DNA of 64,000 nt from Promethearchaeota archaeon (GTDB taxonomy: Archaea; Asgardarchaeota; Lokiarchaeia; Sigyniarchaeales; SOKP01). Under the pieces are notes generated by a model. It was not told the DNA's origin. It saw only the letters and a list, made by a program, of their open reading frames with translations, and ran no database searches. Positions 1-9,649 of this stretch are shown here, one piece after another. A program made the position numbers and the translations under genes. The DNA is taken from NCBI GenBank assembly GCA_019058245.1, contig JAHPZJ010000008.1:64001-128000 (forward strand). The letters are read 5' to 3'. Within the stretch, counting starts at the first letter, position 1; every line of letters starts with the position of its first letter.

Positions 1-46
1 TTCACTCGTTCTAAAAGTGAATTTCTTTAAAAAAAAGCAAAAAAGA

Positions 47-1768
47 TTAAGAAGTGGAGGTTTCGAGGTATTTTTCACCCTCTTTTTCTGCTCTCTCTCT
101 TAATTTCCTACGAAAAATTTTACCTACTGCAGTTCTTGGTAATACAGTTATGAATTCTACTATACGTGGATATTTATATCCCGCCAATTTATCTTTTGAC
201 CATTCAATAATCTCTTGCTCTGTTACTCTTCCTTGATATTCCGGCTTAAGAGCTATATAAGCTTTAATTGTTTCACTAATATTCGGATCAGGGGCAGAAA
301 CTACTCCAACTTCCAAAACTGCTGGATGTTCATGTAATTTTTCTTCAACTTCTTTAGGCATTACTTTATAACCTTTATATTTTATAATATCTTTGGTCCG
401 TCCCTCTATATAAAAATAACCCTGCTCATCCATTCGAGCTAAATCACCTGTTCTCAGCCATTCACCGGCAAAAGCTTCTGCTGTAGCTTCGGGATTTTTC
501 CAATAGCCTTTCATTACTTGAGGTCCTTTAATTAATAATTCTCCCACTGTTCCAGGAGGGAGTTCTTCAAGTGTGTCAGGATTTACGATTTTTGCATCAG
601 TATCGACAATAGGGACTCCAATGCTTTCTGGTATCTCCTCGGGTAACCATTTAATTTGACCGTGGGTTATTGGTGAAGCCTCAGTTAATCCAAATCCTTG
701 TCTTACTTTAAATCCAACTACCTCTTCCCATTTTCTATTTATTTCCTGAGGTAATGTTGCTGATCCAGAACCAGCAGCTTCTAAACTTGAAAGATCTCGT
801 TTCGGAAAATCAGGAGAATTAACTAACATCTGATACATCACTGGTACACCTGTAAAGGTTTTAGGTTTATAATATTCTATTGCCTCTAAAACTTTAGTTG
901 CTTCAAATGAGCTAAACATGACTAACATTGCAGCAAGTATCGAACTGATAATTAAGGCTTGAAAACCAAAACTATGACAAATAGGTAATACTAGTATACT
1001 TACTCGTTTGCCATAAAGATCTTCAGGATCCTCTCTGGATTCCCTGCCAGTTTGCAATGTACATAAAGCATTAGAAATTAAATTGTTATGTGTTAACATT
1101 ACTCCTTTAGATAATCCTGTTGTACCTCCTGTATATAATAATGCAGCTAAATCATTCATGGGATCTATTTCAATATCAGGTGGTTTAGATTCTTTACCTT
1201 CAATAAACTCTTCTAGAGTAATAGTTTCGGATCTAGCTTCCTCTGCTTGAAGTAAAATTATATTTTTTATTGAAACCTTTTGTCGTACTTTTTTGATTGT
1301 TCTGAAAAGACTTTTATGAACAAAAAATGAGTTAATATTTCCGGCATCTCTAATAATATGGATTACATCCTCCTCTTTAAGAAGGGGATTTATTGGAACA
1401 ACAGCTGCACCAGTTGCCATGATCCCTACACAACAAAATAAAAATTCGGGACAATTTCCTGTCATAATACCAACTGCATCCCCTTTTTTTATGCCTTCTT
1501 CATATAAAGCATTAGCTATTTGATCTGATATATATTTCATTTCGCGATACGTATATTTTTTATCTGTTGGTTTATAATACACACAGACATTGTTAGGAAA
1601 TTCCAATGCAGTTAGCTTGATGCGTTCATGTACAGGGATTGGTTCAAATTTTACTGTTTTTGGTATATAATCTGGTCTAAGTTTTAACCATGGACGATCC
1701 AAACGTTCAAGATAAGGAGATTCATTGTCGTAATCCGGTATTGATTCCCAATCTGAATAATCCTTCAT
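47..1768 (-). CDS. Long-chain-fatty-acid--CoA ligase (ANL/AMP-binding), paralog 1
   Basis: YTGGTTGLSKG AMP-binding loop, GFGLTEASP, WLRTGDLA and C-terminal LPRTAVGKI motifs. Confidence 0.93.
   Translation of the reverse strand: MKDYSDWESIPDYDNESPYLERLDRPWLKLRPDYIPKTVKFEPIPVHERIKLTALEFPNNVCVYYKPTDKKYTYREMKYISDQIANALYEEGIKKGDAVGIMTGNCPEFLFCCVGIMATGAAVVPINPLLKEEDVIHIIRDAGNINSFFVHKSLFRTIKKVRQKVSIKNIILLQAEEARSETITLEEFIEGKESKPPDIEIDPMNDLAALLYTGGTTGLSKGVMLTHNNLISNALCTLQTGRESREDPEDLYGKRVSILVLPICHSFGFQALIISSILAAMLVMFSSFEATKVLEAIEYYKPKTFTGVPVMYQMLVNSPDFPKRDLSSLEAAGSGSATLPQEINRKWEEVVGFKVRQGFGLTEASPITHGQIKWLPEEIPESIGVPIVDTDAKIVNPDTLEELPPGTVGELLIKGPQVMKGYWKNPEATAEAFAGEWLRTGDLARMDEQGYFYIEGRTKDIIKYKGYKVMPKEVEEKLHEHPAVLEVGVVSAPDPNISETIKAYIALKPEYQGRVTEQEIIEWSKDKLAGYKYPRIVEFITVLPRTAVGKIFRRKLRERAEKEGEKYLETSTS
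168..894. repeat. ~727-bp direct repeat, copy A (apparently identical to 2043-2769)
   Basis: Constant offset of 1875 nt. Mismatches flank the tract (167/2042 and 895/2770) and none were seen inside by eye. Confidence 0.88.
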
Positions 1769-1948
1769 AATAAAGACTTTTAAAGATTAATTACATATTA
1801 ATTTTATATTAGACTAAGAAACCAATATAATAAAAAATAACAACCTTCTCTATAAATATGTTTCTTTGCAAAACAAACAGAAATCTTATCAACATTATCT
1901 GTTAAAAAAAAATAAAAAAGATTGAGAAGGGGTTTTATTAATGTATTT

Positions 1949-3643
1949 TTATTCTTCTTTTTCTGATCTTTCTCTTAATTTCCTACGAAAAATTTTACCC
2001 ACTGCTGTCCTTGGTAATACATTTATGAACTCTATTATACGAGGATATTTATATCCCGCCAATTTATCTTTTGACCATTCAATAATCTCTTGCTCTGTTA
2101 CTCTTCCTTGATATTCCGGCTTAAGAGCTATATAAGCTTTAATTGTTTCACTAATATTCGGATCAGGGGCAGAAACTACTCCAACTTCCAAAACTGCTGG
2201 ATGTTCATGTAATTTTTCTTCAACTTCTTTAGGCATTACTTTATAACCTTTATATTTTATAATATCTTTGGTCCGTCCCTCTATATAAAAATAACCCTGC
2301 TCATCCATTCGAGCTAAATCACCTGTTCTCAGCCATTCACCGGCAAAAGCTTCTGCTGTAGCTTCGGGATTTTTCCAATAGCCTTTCATTACTTGAGGTC
2401 CTTTAATTAATAATTCTCCCACTGTTCCAGGAGGGAGTTCTTCAAGTGTGTCAGGATTTACGATTTTTGCATCAGTATCGACAATAGGGACTCCAATGCT
2501 TTCTGGTATCTCCTCGGGTAACCATTTAATTTGACCGTGGGTTATTGGTGAAGCCTCAGTTAATCCAAATCCTTGTCTTACTTTAAATCCAACTACCTCT
2601 TCCCATTTTCTATTTATTTCCTGAGGTAATGTTGCTGATCCAGAACCAGCAGCTTCTAAACTTGAAAGATCTCGTTTCGGAAAATCAGGAGAATTAACTA
2701 ACATCTGATACATCACTGGTACACCTGTAAAGGTTTTAGGTTTATAATATTCTATTGCCTCTAAAACTTCAGTTGCATTAAATGAACCAAACATAACTAA
2801 CATTGCAGCCAAGACCGAAGCCACAATCAAGACTTGAAAACCAAAACTATGACAAATAGGTAATACTAGTAAACTTACTCGTTTGCCATAAAGATCTTCA
2901 GGATCTTCAAAATCTTCTCTATTAGTATTCATGGAACACAAAGTATTGGAAATTAAATTAAAATGTGTTAACATGACTCCTTTAGGTAATCCTGTGGTGC
3001 CTCCTGTATATAATAGTGCGGCTAAATCATTCATGGGATCTACTTCAATATCAGGTGCTTTGGATTCTTTACCTTCGATAAATTCTTCTAGAGTAATAGT
3101 TTCGGGTTTGGCCTCTTCTGCTTGAAGTAAAATTACATTTTTTACTGAAATCTTTTTTCGTACTTTTTTCATTGTTCTGAAAAGACTTTTATGGATAAAG
3201 ACAGTATTAATATTTCCAGCATCTCTAATAATATGGATTACATCTTCCTCTTTGAGAAGGGGGTTTATCGGAACAACAGCGGCACCAGTTGCCATAATCC
3301 CTACACTACAAAATAAAAATTCGGGGCAATTTCCTGTCATAATTCCAACAGCATCCCCTTTTTTTATGCCTTCTTCATATAAAGCATTAGCTATTTGATC
3401 TGATATATATTTCATTTCACGATACGTGTATTTTTTATCTGTAGGTTTATAATACACACAGACATTATTAGGATATTCGGTTGCTGTTAGTTTAATACGT
3501 TCATGTACAGGGATTGGTTCAAATTTTACAGTCTTTGGAATATATTCTGGATAAGTTTTTAACCATGGACGATCTTTACTTTCAAGGTAAGGAGAATCAT
3601 TATCATAATCTGGGATTGCTTCCCATTCTGAATAATCCTTCAT
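1949..3643 (-). CDS. Long-chain-fatty-acid--CoA ligase, paralog 2
   Basis: YTGGTTGLPKG, GFGLTE, TGDLA and PRTAVGK motifs; near-identical to paralog 1. Confidence 0.93.
   Translation of the reverse strand: MKDYSEWEAIPDYDNDSPYLESKDRPWLKTYPEYIPKTVKFEPIPVHERIKLTATEYPNNVCVYYKPTDKKYTYREMKYISDQIANALYEEGIKKGDAVGIMTGNCPEFLFCSVGIMATGAAVVPINPLLKEEDVIHIIRDAGNINTVFIHKSLFRTMKKVRKKISVKNVILLQAEEAKPETITLEEFIEGKESKAPDIEVDPMNDLAALLYTGGTTGLPKGVMLTHFNLISNTLCSMNTNREDFEDPEDLYGKRVSLLVLPICHSFGFQVLIVASVLAAMLVMFGSFNATEVLEAIEYYKPKTFTGVPVMYQMLVNSPDFPKRDLSSLEAAGSGSATLPQEINRKWEEVVGFKVRQGFGLTEASPITHGQIKWLPEEIPESIGVPIVDTDAKIVNPDTLEELPPGTVGELLIKGPQVMKGYWKNPEATAEAFAGEWLRTGDLARMDEQGYFYIEGRTKDIIKYKGYKVMPKEVEEKLHEHPAVLEVGVVSAPDPNISETIKAYIALKPEYQGRVTEQEIIEWSKDKLAGYKYPRIIEFINVLPRTAVGKIFRRKLRERSEKEE
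2043..2769. repeat. ~727-bp direct repeat, copy B
   Basis: Matches 168-894. Confidence 0.88.
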
Positions 3644-3802
3644 AATTATTTAAAATCACGTTTTAATTTTAAATTAATTTTAAATTAGATAAATAGTGAT
3701 ATAAAAAATTATATCTTAGTATTTAAATATCTGGCACTACGATCGGAATAGATATTTCGCTGTTAGTAATTTAAAAAAAAAAAAATTTTATAATAATAAT
3801 AA

Positions 3803-5506
3803 TTATTTTGTCTTCTCAATCTCTCTCTCGCGTAATATTCTTCTGAATATTTTTCCTACAGCAGTTCGAGGTAATGAGTCCACAAATTCTACTTGGCGTG
3901 GATATTTGTAAGCAGCCATCTTATCTTTTGACCATTCGATAATTTCTTGTTCAGATATTTTTCCTTTGTATTCTGGCTTGATCGCAATAAATGCCTTAAT
4001 TGTTTCTCCAATATTAGGGTCTGGAACAGAAATCACACCTACTTCTAAAACAGCAGGGTGTTCAAATAATTTCTCTTCAACCTCTCTTGGCATTACTTTA
4101 TATCCTTTATATTTTATCATATCTTTTGTCCGCCCTTCTATATAAAAATACCCTCGCTCATCCATTCTGGCTAAATCACCTGTTTTAAGCCAATCTCCAG
4201 CAAAAGTTGCGGCTGTAGCTTCGGGATTATTCCAATATCCTTTCATAATTTGAGGTCCTTTGACTAATAATTCTCCTACTTCTCCAATAGAGAGCTCTTC
4301 TAACGTATCAGGGTTTACGATTTTTGCATCTGTGTCGAGAATTGGCATACCTATGCTTGCTGGAATTATTTCAGGTATCCATTTAGCTTGACCATGGGTA
4401 ACTGGTGAAGCCTCAGTTAATCCATATCCTTGCATTACTTTAAATCCGAGTAATTCTTCCCATCTCCTGTTCAATTCTGGAGCAAGAGCGGCAGAACCAC
4501 AACTTGCCTCTTCTAAACATGAAAGATCTCGTTTAGTAAAATCAGGAGAATTAATTAACATTTGATACATCACAGGTACACCTACAAAAAGATCACTTCT
4601 AAAGTATTCAATTGTTTCTAGTACCTCGGAAGGATTAAAAGAAGTTAACATTGCAACCATACGAGCAGTATGAAGACACACAAGCGCTACTATAAAACCA
4701 AAAGAATGACATAAAGGTAAAACAGCTAAGCGAACGCCTGTACCATAATAACTTGTATCCTCTCTTTCTAATTCTTGATCTCTGCCTGCATATATAACAG
4801 AAAGGGAGTTTGCAACTAAATTATTATGAGTTAACATAACTCCCTTAGGTAATCCTGTTGTTCCCCCTGTGTATAATAATGAAGCGATATCGTTGGAGGG
4901 ATCTATCTCCACTTCTGGAGCTTTTGCTGGTTTATCTTTAATGAATTCTTCATAACGAATAGTCCCTTCTTCAGCTTTTTCAGCACCCAATAGAATTACA
5001 TTCTCTATATCAACTGTTTCTTGTGCTTTTTTAACAACTGGATAATTAGCCTTATGTACAAATATAGTATTAATATTTCCAGCATCTCTAGCAACATGAA
5101 TTACAGAATCTTCTCTTAAAAGAGCGTTAATGGGAACTACCATAGCACCTGTTTCCATTATTCCAGTGGTACAAAATAAAAATTCAGGGCAATTTGGTGT
5201 CATAATTGCTACACCATCAGATTTCTTTACACCAATTTCATTTAAAGCATAGGCGGTTTGATCTGATATATGAAGAAAATCTCTAAAAGTATAATACTTA
5301 TCTTTAGGTTTGAAATAGACACATGCATTATTAGCATATCTCTCGGCATTCAATCTTGCAAATATGTGTACAGGTATTGGATCGAAATTTATTGCTTTTG
5401 GCATAGTATCTGGAAAGTACTTTAACCATGGACGATCTTTACTTTCAAGGTAAGGAGAATGATTATCATAGTCATTATTTGGCGCCCAATCTGAATAATC
5501 TTTCAT
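3803..5506 (-). CDS. Long-chain-fatty-acid--CoA ligase, paralog 3 (more diverged)
   Basis: YTGGTTGLPKG, GYGLTEASP, WLKTGDLA and LPRTAVGKI motifs. Confidence 0.93.
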   Translation of the reverse strand: MKDYSDWAPNNDYDNHSPYLESKDRPWLKYFPDTMPKAINFDPIPVHIFARLNAERYANNACVYFKPKDKYYTFRDFLHISDQTAYALNEIGVKKSDGVAIMTPNCPEFLFCTTGIMETGAMVVPINALLREDSVIHVARDAGNINTIFVHKANYPVVKKAQETVDIENVILLGAEKAEEGTIRYEEFIKDKPAKAPEVEIDPSNDIASLLYTGGTTGLPKGVMLTHNNLVANSLSVIYAGRDQELEREDTSYYGTGVRLAVLPLCHSFGFIVALVCLHTARMVAMLTSFNPSEVLETIEYFRSDLFVGVPVMYQMLINSPDFTKRDLSCLEEASCGSAALAPELNRRWEELLGFKVMQGYGLTEASPVTHGQAKWIPEIIPASIGMPILDTDAKIVNPDTLEELSIGEVGELLVKGPQIMKGYWNNPEATAATFAGDWLKTGDLARMDERGYFYIEGRTKDMIKYKGYKVMPREVEEKLFEHPAVLEVGVISVPDPNIGETIKAFIAIKPEYKGKISEQEIIEWSKDKMAAYKYPRQVEFVDSLPRTAVGKIFRRILREREIEKTK

Positions 5507-5614
5507 AAAACATCACATTACATATTTAGTTTTTTTTTTTTTTTATAATGAAGATTAAATATAATAAAATTTAAACGTAAAAATATAAAAGTCTTTCCTT
5601 AGAAAAATCATTGG

Positions 5615-5956
5615 CTAAAGCCACGATATTATTTTTTTGTAATTTACTAGAATTTCAACAAGATCCTCATAATCTATAGCTTTAAGGTTATCTCTTAAAT
5701 CCTTTAAATTCATGCCTCTAGCAAGAATATCTGAAATTAAGACATATATGTTTATTGGCATTTTTAATAACTCTTCTAAGACAGGGGGGATTTTACTTTT
5801 CTGGTTAACTCCTATAACTCCATCATGAAGTAAAATTAAATTAATTCTCATATTTTGTCTAATGTGCTCTTTAAAAATCTTCAGGATACTTTCTGCCTTG
5901 TCATATTGTCTTAGACTAAATCCGTACAAATAAATTATTCCATTTTCTTTATTCAT
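5615..5956 (-). CDS. DsrH/TusB family sulfur relay subunit
   Basis: LILLHDGV and YVLISDILARG motifs; ends IDYEDLVEIL...IISWL; third gene of an E-F-H triad. Confidence 0.8.
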   Translation of the reverse strand: MNKENGIIYLYGFSLRQYDKAESILKIFKEHIRQNMRINLILLHDGVIGVNQKSKIPPVLEELLKMPINIYVLISDILARGMNLKDLRDNLKAIDYEDLVEILVNYKKIISWL

Positions 5957-5975
5957 AGCATTTCCTTTTAATCTT

Positions 5976-6344
5976 TTAATATTTAAAACTCATTTCTGCT
6001 TCAATTATTAATTCAGAAATTTTTGAAAAATCTATTATTTTAAAATTATCTGCAAGTACTAAATCTGAAGGATTTATTCCAGCTAATTCAAGGGCTTCAT
6101 TGTGAATATAAATTTCTAATTCAGATAACTCAATTAGTCTCATGATATTTTTGAAATCATCCATGTTTAAAGCTTTTGGATTTAACTTATTATCTAAAAA
6201 ATATACCGCATCTTTTAATAAGATAATTTTACAAATTTCAACATCTCCCACAGCAAGAATTCCCGCGGCCATCCTTATAGCTTCTAATACAGAATTCTTC
6301 CCAAAAGGACCATCTTCGCAAATAATTACAATCGAATTTACCAT
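5976..6344 (-). CDS. DsrF/TusC family sulfur relay subunit
   Basis: GPFG...EAIRMA and LLKDAVYFL motifs typical of the DsrE/F fold. Confidence 0.78.
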   Translation of the reverse strand: MVNSIVIICEDGPFGKNSVLEAIRMAAGILAVGDVEICKIILLKDAVYFLDNKLNPKALNMDDFKNIMRLIELSELEIYIHNEALELAGINPSDLVLADNFKIIDFSKISELIIEAEMSFKY

Positions 6345-6350
6345 ATTTTA

Positions 6351-6722
6351 TCATCCTCCTGGACCGAAGAATAGTACTCGATCTGATTGCGAAATCATAT
6401 AAGAAAGACCCCCCAATCCTTGTTGATGTGCTCCTTCTATAAATTCTTCAGATTTAATTCCAGTAATACTAGTCCATGTACTACAAGCTGCAAATTCTAT
6501 ACTCTTATTTCTACAAAAAGTTTCTAAACGCTTTGATAAATTACGAATAGAATTATCTTTTAAATCTCTTTTCTTAATATTATACACACCACTTCCATAG
6601 AAAAAGATTCCAAATATTTTATAACCCTTTTTTATTATTGCTTCCGCTAAGTTAATAACTGTATCCATAACTTCATACTTATATGGTTCCGCACAAATTA
6701 CAAAAGTAAATGATACTGTCAT
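6351..6722 (-). CDS. DsrE/TusD family sulfurtransferase
   Basis: IFFYGSGVY, a Cys at the persulfide position (FAACSTW) and GLGGL...SDRVLFFG. Confidence 0.83.
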   Translation of the reverse strand: MTVSFTFVICAEPYKYEVMDTVINLAEAIIKKGYKIFGIFFYGSGVYNIKKRDLKDNSIRNLSKRLETFCRNKSIEFAACSTWTSITGIKSEEFIEGAHQQGLGGLSYMISQSDRVLFFGPGG

Positions 6723-6911
6723 AGATTTTCTGTTAAAATTTGATTAAGATTAAAGATAAAAAATGGTAATTGAAATTTATTTCTTATTCTAATAGAATAT
6801 TATACATTAAGCTCAATTTTACTACTTGTATCAATATTCATAATTCAGTAATTACATTATGAATTAAAGAATAAATATTGGAATCCATAAAATTTTTCTT
6901 CAGATAAATCT

Positions 6912-7136
6912 CTAAATTAAAGCAAATTCATACTTAAGAATTTTTAATACCAAAGTTCTTTCGGATTCTGTTAGGTTTTCAATGAGATCTCCACGTAAAT
7001 TATAATAATCTGGATATTTAATTAGATATGGTTTAATAAATTCTTCTAAATTTGTATTACTTAACTTTTCTTCAATTTCTTCTTCATTTAAATTTGATAT
7101 TATGTTATCCATCATCATTCTTTTGAAATTCTTCAC
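6912..7136 (-). CDS. Small hypothetical protein (possibly a fragment)
   Basis: 74-aa ORF with protein-like composition; no motif recognised. Confidence 0.45.
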   Translation of the reverse strand: MKNFKRMMMDNIISNLNEEEIEEKLSNTNLEEFIKPYLIKYPDYYNLRGDLIENLTESERTLVLKILKYEFALI

Positions 7137-7296
7137 TTCTTACTAATATATACTTGAAAATTTAGCATTATAAAAGTCTCCTATATAATATATAAGGCAT
7201 TATTAATCTTCTATATACTCTAAGTAGGCTATTTGAGAACATTATTGATTAAAATTAAATTTATACAATATTTTAAAAGTGTTTAGGTAAAAGGAG

Positions 7297-7404
7297 TGTT
7301 GCAGTATATACTGCAACAATTTGTCAACATAGAATTAAAATGGAAAGAAAAGAACAAATTTGCATTGAGGAGAATTTGTTAAGGCGATAAGGGTTCTAGT
7401 TGAC
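7297..7404. other. Intergenic 22-bp perfect palindrome plus nested inverted repeats
   Basis: TGTTGCAGTATATACTGCAACA (7297-7318); GTCAACATAGAA (7323-7334) with TTCTAGTTGAC (7394-7404); AACAAATT (7353-7360) with AATTTGTT (7373-7380). Confidence 0.55.
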
Positions 7405-7523
7405 TTCCATCACTAATTTGTATATACTTTAGCGGATATATAAAAACTGTCTCCATAAAATCAAATGATAAATATTGAGTATATATTATAAATAGTAACA
7501 GATGTTAAAGGATTAATAATCCT

Positions 7524-8144
7524 ATGAAAAATTTTTATGATATATGTATTTGGAAAGACTCTGAGAATTGCAATACTTGCTTCCTTAATGGCAAGCTAAT
7601 ATGTCATTTCTATAGAAAATATTTGTTTAGTTTTCTTGGTTTTTTTTTTGCTTTTGCCATTACTGCCTTTATAGGTGTGATAATAGCGGGCTATGGTTGG
7701 TTTTTATTAGGTTGGATTGGTTTTTGGTTACTTTTCTTTGAATTTTGGGAGATTCGAATTCTATGTAGTCATTGTCCTTTCTATGCTGAAGAAGGGAATA
7801 CATTACATTGCATTGCTAATTATGGTAGCTTTAAACTATGGAAATTTCACCCAGAACCTATGAATTCGTCTGAAAAAATTCAATTAATAATTGGTTTTAT
7901 TATTCTTTTTGGGTATCCTTTAATTTTTTTGATATTAGATGCTCAAATAATCTTTTTAGTAATTTGTATTATTGAAATTTCCATTTTCTTTATTTTTTTA
8001 ATTGCAAAAAGGTGTGGAAACTGTTTAAATTTCTCTTGTCCTCTCAATCGTGTAAAAAAAGAAACGGTCGATTGTTTTCTTAAAAAAAATCCAGTAATGA
8101 GAAAGGCTTGGGAAGATAAAGGATATAAAATCTTAGAAAAATAG
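7524..8144 (+). CDS. Four-TM membrane protein with three Cys clusters
   Basis: Hydrophobic helices; CNTC...ICH, LCSHCPFY...LHC and CGNCLNFSCPLN clusters. Confidence 0.75.
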   Translation: MKNFYDICIWKDSENCNTCFLNGKLICHFYRKYLFSFLGFFFAFAITAFIGVIIAGYGWFLLGWIGFWLLFFEFWEIRILCSHCPFYAEEGNTLHCIANYGSFKLWKFHPEPMNSSEKIQLIIGFIILFGYPLIFLILDAQIIFLVICIIEISIFFIFLIAKRCGNCLNFSCPLNRVKKETVDCFLKKNPVMRKAWEDKGYKILEK

Positions 8145-8198
8145 ATTATGAAACAATCGAGAATTTATAATATAGTCACAGTATTTAACAGAAAAGAT

Positions 8199-9392
8199 TT
8201 AGAGAGATTCTGCAAATTCTTTTTTCTCTGGCCATTTCTTTACATAACAACGAACTGGAAAACCATTTGAAATTGCAGCTAGACAACGATTGCAAGAAAT
8301 ACAAGCTGCCTTTTCTTGTTTTCCTTCTTTAAAAGATTTAACTAAATAAGGTTCCCTAATGAATGGTCTTGCCATTGAAATAAAATCTGTAAAGCCTTTT
8401 TTTATAATTTCTTCAAAATAAGCTTTATTTCTCAAACCACCTACGACAACTATGGGTAATTTACCAACAATTTTTTTGATTTCTTTTGCAGCCTCAACAT
8501 TATAACCTTCCTCTAATTCAAATTTTCCTTTTATGTCTAAGAAAGATTTTTCTGCTAATGGTTTTATCTTATCTGGTAAAAATTCAGTAAATTCTTTAAC
8601 CGGAACAGTTCCACGACACATATTAAATATAGAGAAAGTTGTTGAACCTGCGCTAACCTCAATTCCATCAATACCTGAATTTTTAAGCCATTTTGCATAT
8701 TTACATGCTAAGGGGATATCGATTCCTTTTCTTGGAGTGTAATCTACAGTATTAAGTTTTAATAAAAGAGCCATATCTCTTGGAATGACTTTTTTAATGT
8801 TTATTATAAGTTCTTTGGCATATTTAAAACGATTTTCATCTGTTCCACCCCACTTATCTTTTCTACGATTATAAAAAGGAGAGAGAAACTGATTGATTAA
8901 GTATCCATGAGCACTATGCAATTGAATTGCATCCGCGCCTGCTTCAACTGTACGCCTAGCAGCCTTAATAAATGATTCAATTGACTCTTGGATATCTTCT
9001 TCGGTCATTTCTTTTGGTTTGGTAAAGGTTATTGGATTCATAACTTGTTTGGAGGGCCCCAAAGGAAGAGAACCTATTATTTCTTTATGTGTTTGCAATC
9101 CTCCATGTCCTATTTGAAATGCAACTTTTCCATCTTCTCTATGAATCATGTTAACCATTCGTTTTAGACTAGGAATTAAATCATCATTATGAATTCCTGT
9201 TTGATGTTTGGATATCTGTCCTAAAGGATGCACATACATAAAGCCTGTAATAATTAAACCAATTTTACCTTTAGCAAGAGTGCTAAAAAGTTTAATAAGT
9301 TGTTCAGATACTTCACCAGATTCATGAGCCAAATTGGTAACTACTGCTGAACGTACAAAACGATTTTTTACTTCCATTTTTCCAATTTTCAT
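8199..9392 (-). CDS. NADH:flavin oxidoreductase (old yellow enzyme family)
   Basis: KNRFVRSA, QLHSAHGYLINQFLSP..NRRKDKWGG and C-terminal CISCNRC. Confidence 0.92.
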   Translation of the reverse strand: MKIGKMEVKNRFVRSAVVTNLAHESGEVSEQLIKLFSTLAKGKIGLIITGFMYVHPLGQISKHQTGIHNDDLIPSLKRMVNMIHREDGKVAFQIGHGGLQTHKEIIGSLPLGPSKQVMNPITFTKPKEMTEEDIQESIESFIKAARRTVEAGADAIQLHSAHGYLINQFLSPFYNRRKDKWGGTDENRFKYAKELIINIKKVIPRDMALLLKLNTVDYTPRKGIDIPLACKYAKWLKNSGIDGIEVSAGSTTFSIFNMCRGTVPVKEFTEFLPDKIKPLAEKSFLDIKGKFELEEGYNVEAAKEIKKIVGKLPIVVVGGLRNKAYFEEIIKKGFTDFISMARPFIREPYLVKSFKEGKQEKAACISCNRCLAAISNGFPVRCYVKKWPEKKEFAESL

Positions 9393-9649
9393 TGATTTAA
9401 ATAAAATTGAAATAATTTATCACCATTTTTACTTATTTCATAAATTTTTTTTTTATTTTGATATCCCTTAGTAAATATAACAGTTAATTAATAGTTGGGG
9501 ATACTTATGACATTTAAAATTCTTAGATAACTTTATTATCTAATTTTTAATGATTTCTTTTATTTAAATAAAGAAAACACACTTTTTAATTAAAGTTAAA
9601 CCTTTAAATTGTTTAATGAAATTTAATATAACAGAATAATTAATCTATT

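Noticed and set aside
5530-5544. T15 homopolymer upstream of ligase paralog 3 as a phase-variation tract
   Set aside because: Long A/T runs are common throughout these intergenic regions, and there is no evidence of length variation.
5615-6722. Dissimilatory sulfur metabolism
   Set aside because: No dsrAB, dsrC or dsrMKJOP in the window; DsrEFH-like proteins alone are not diagnostic.
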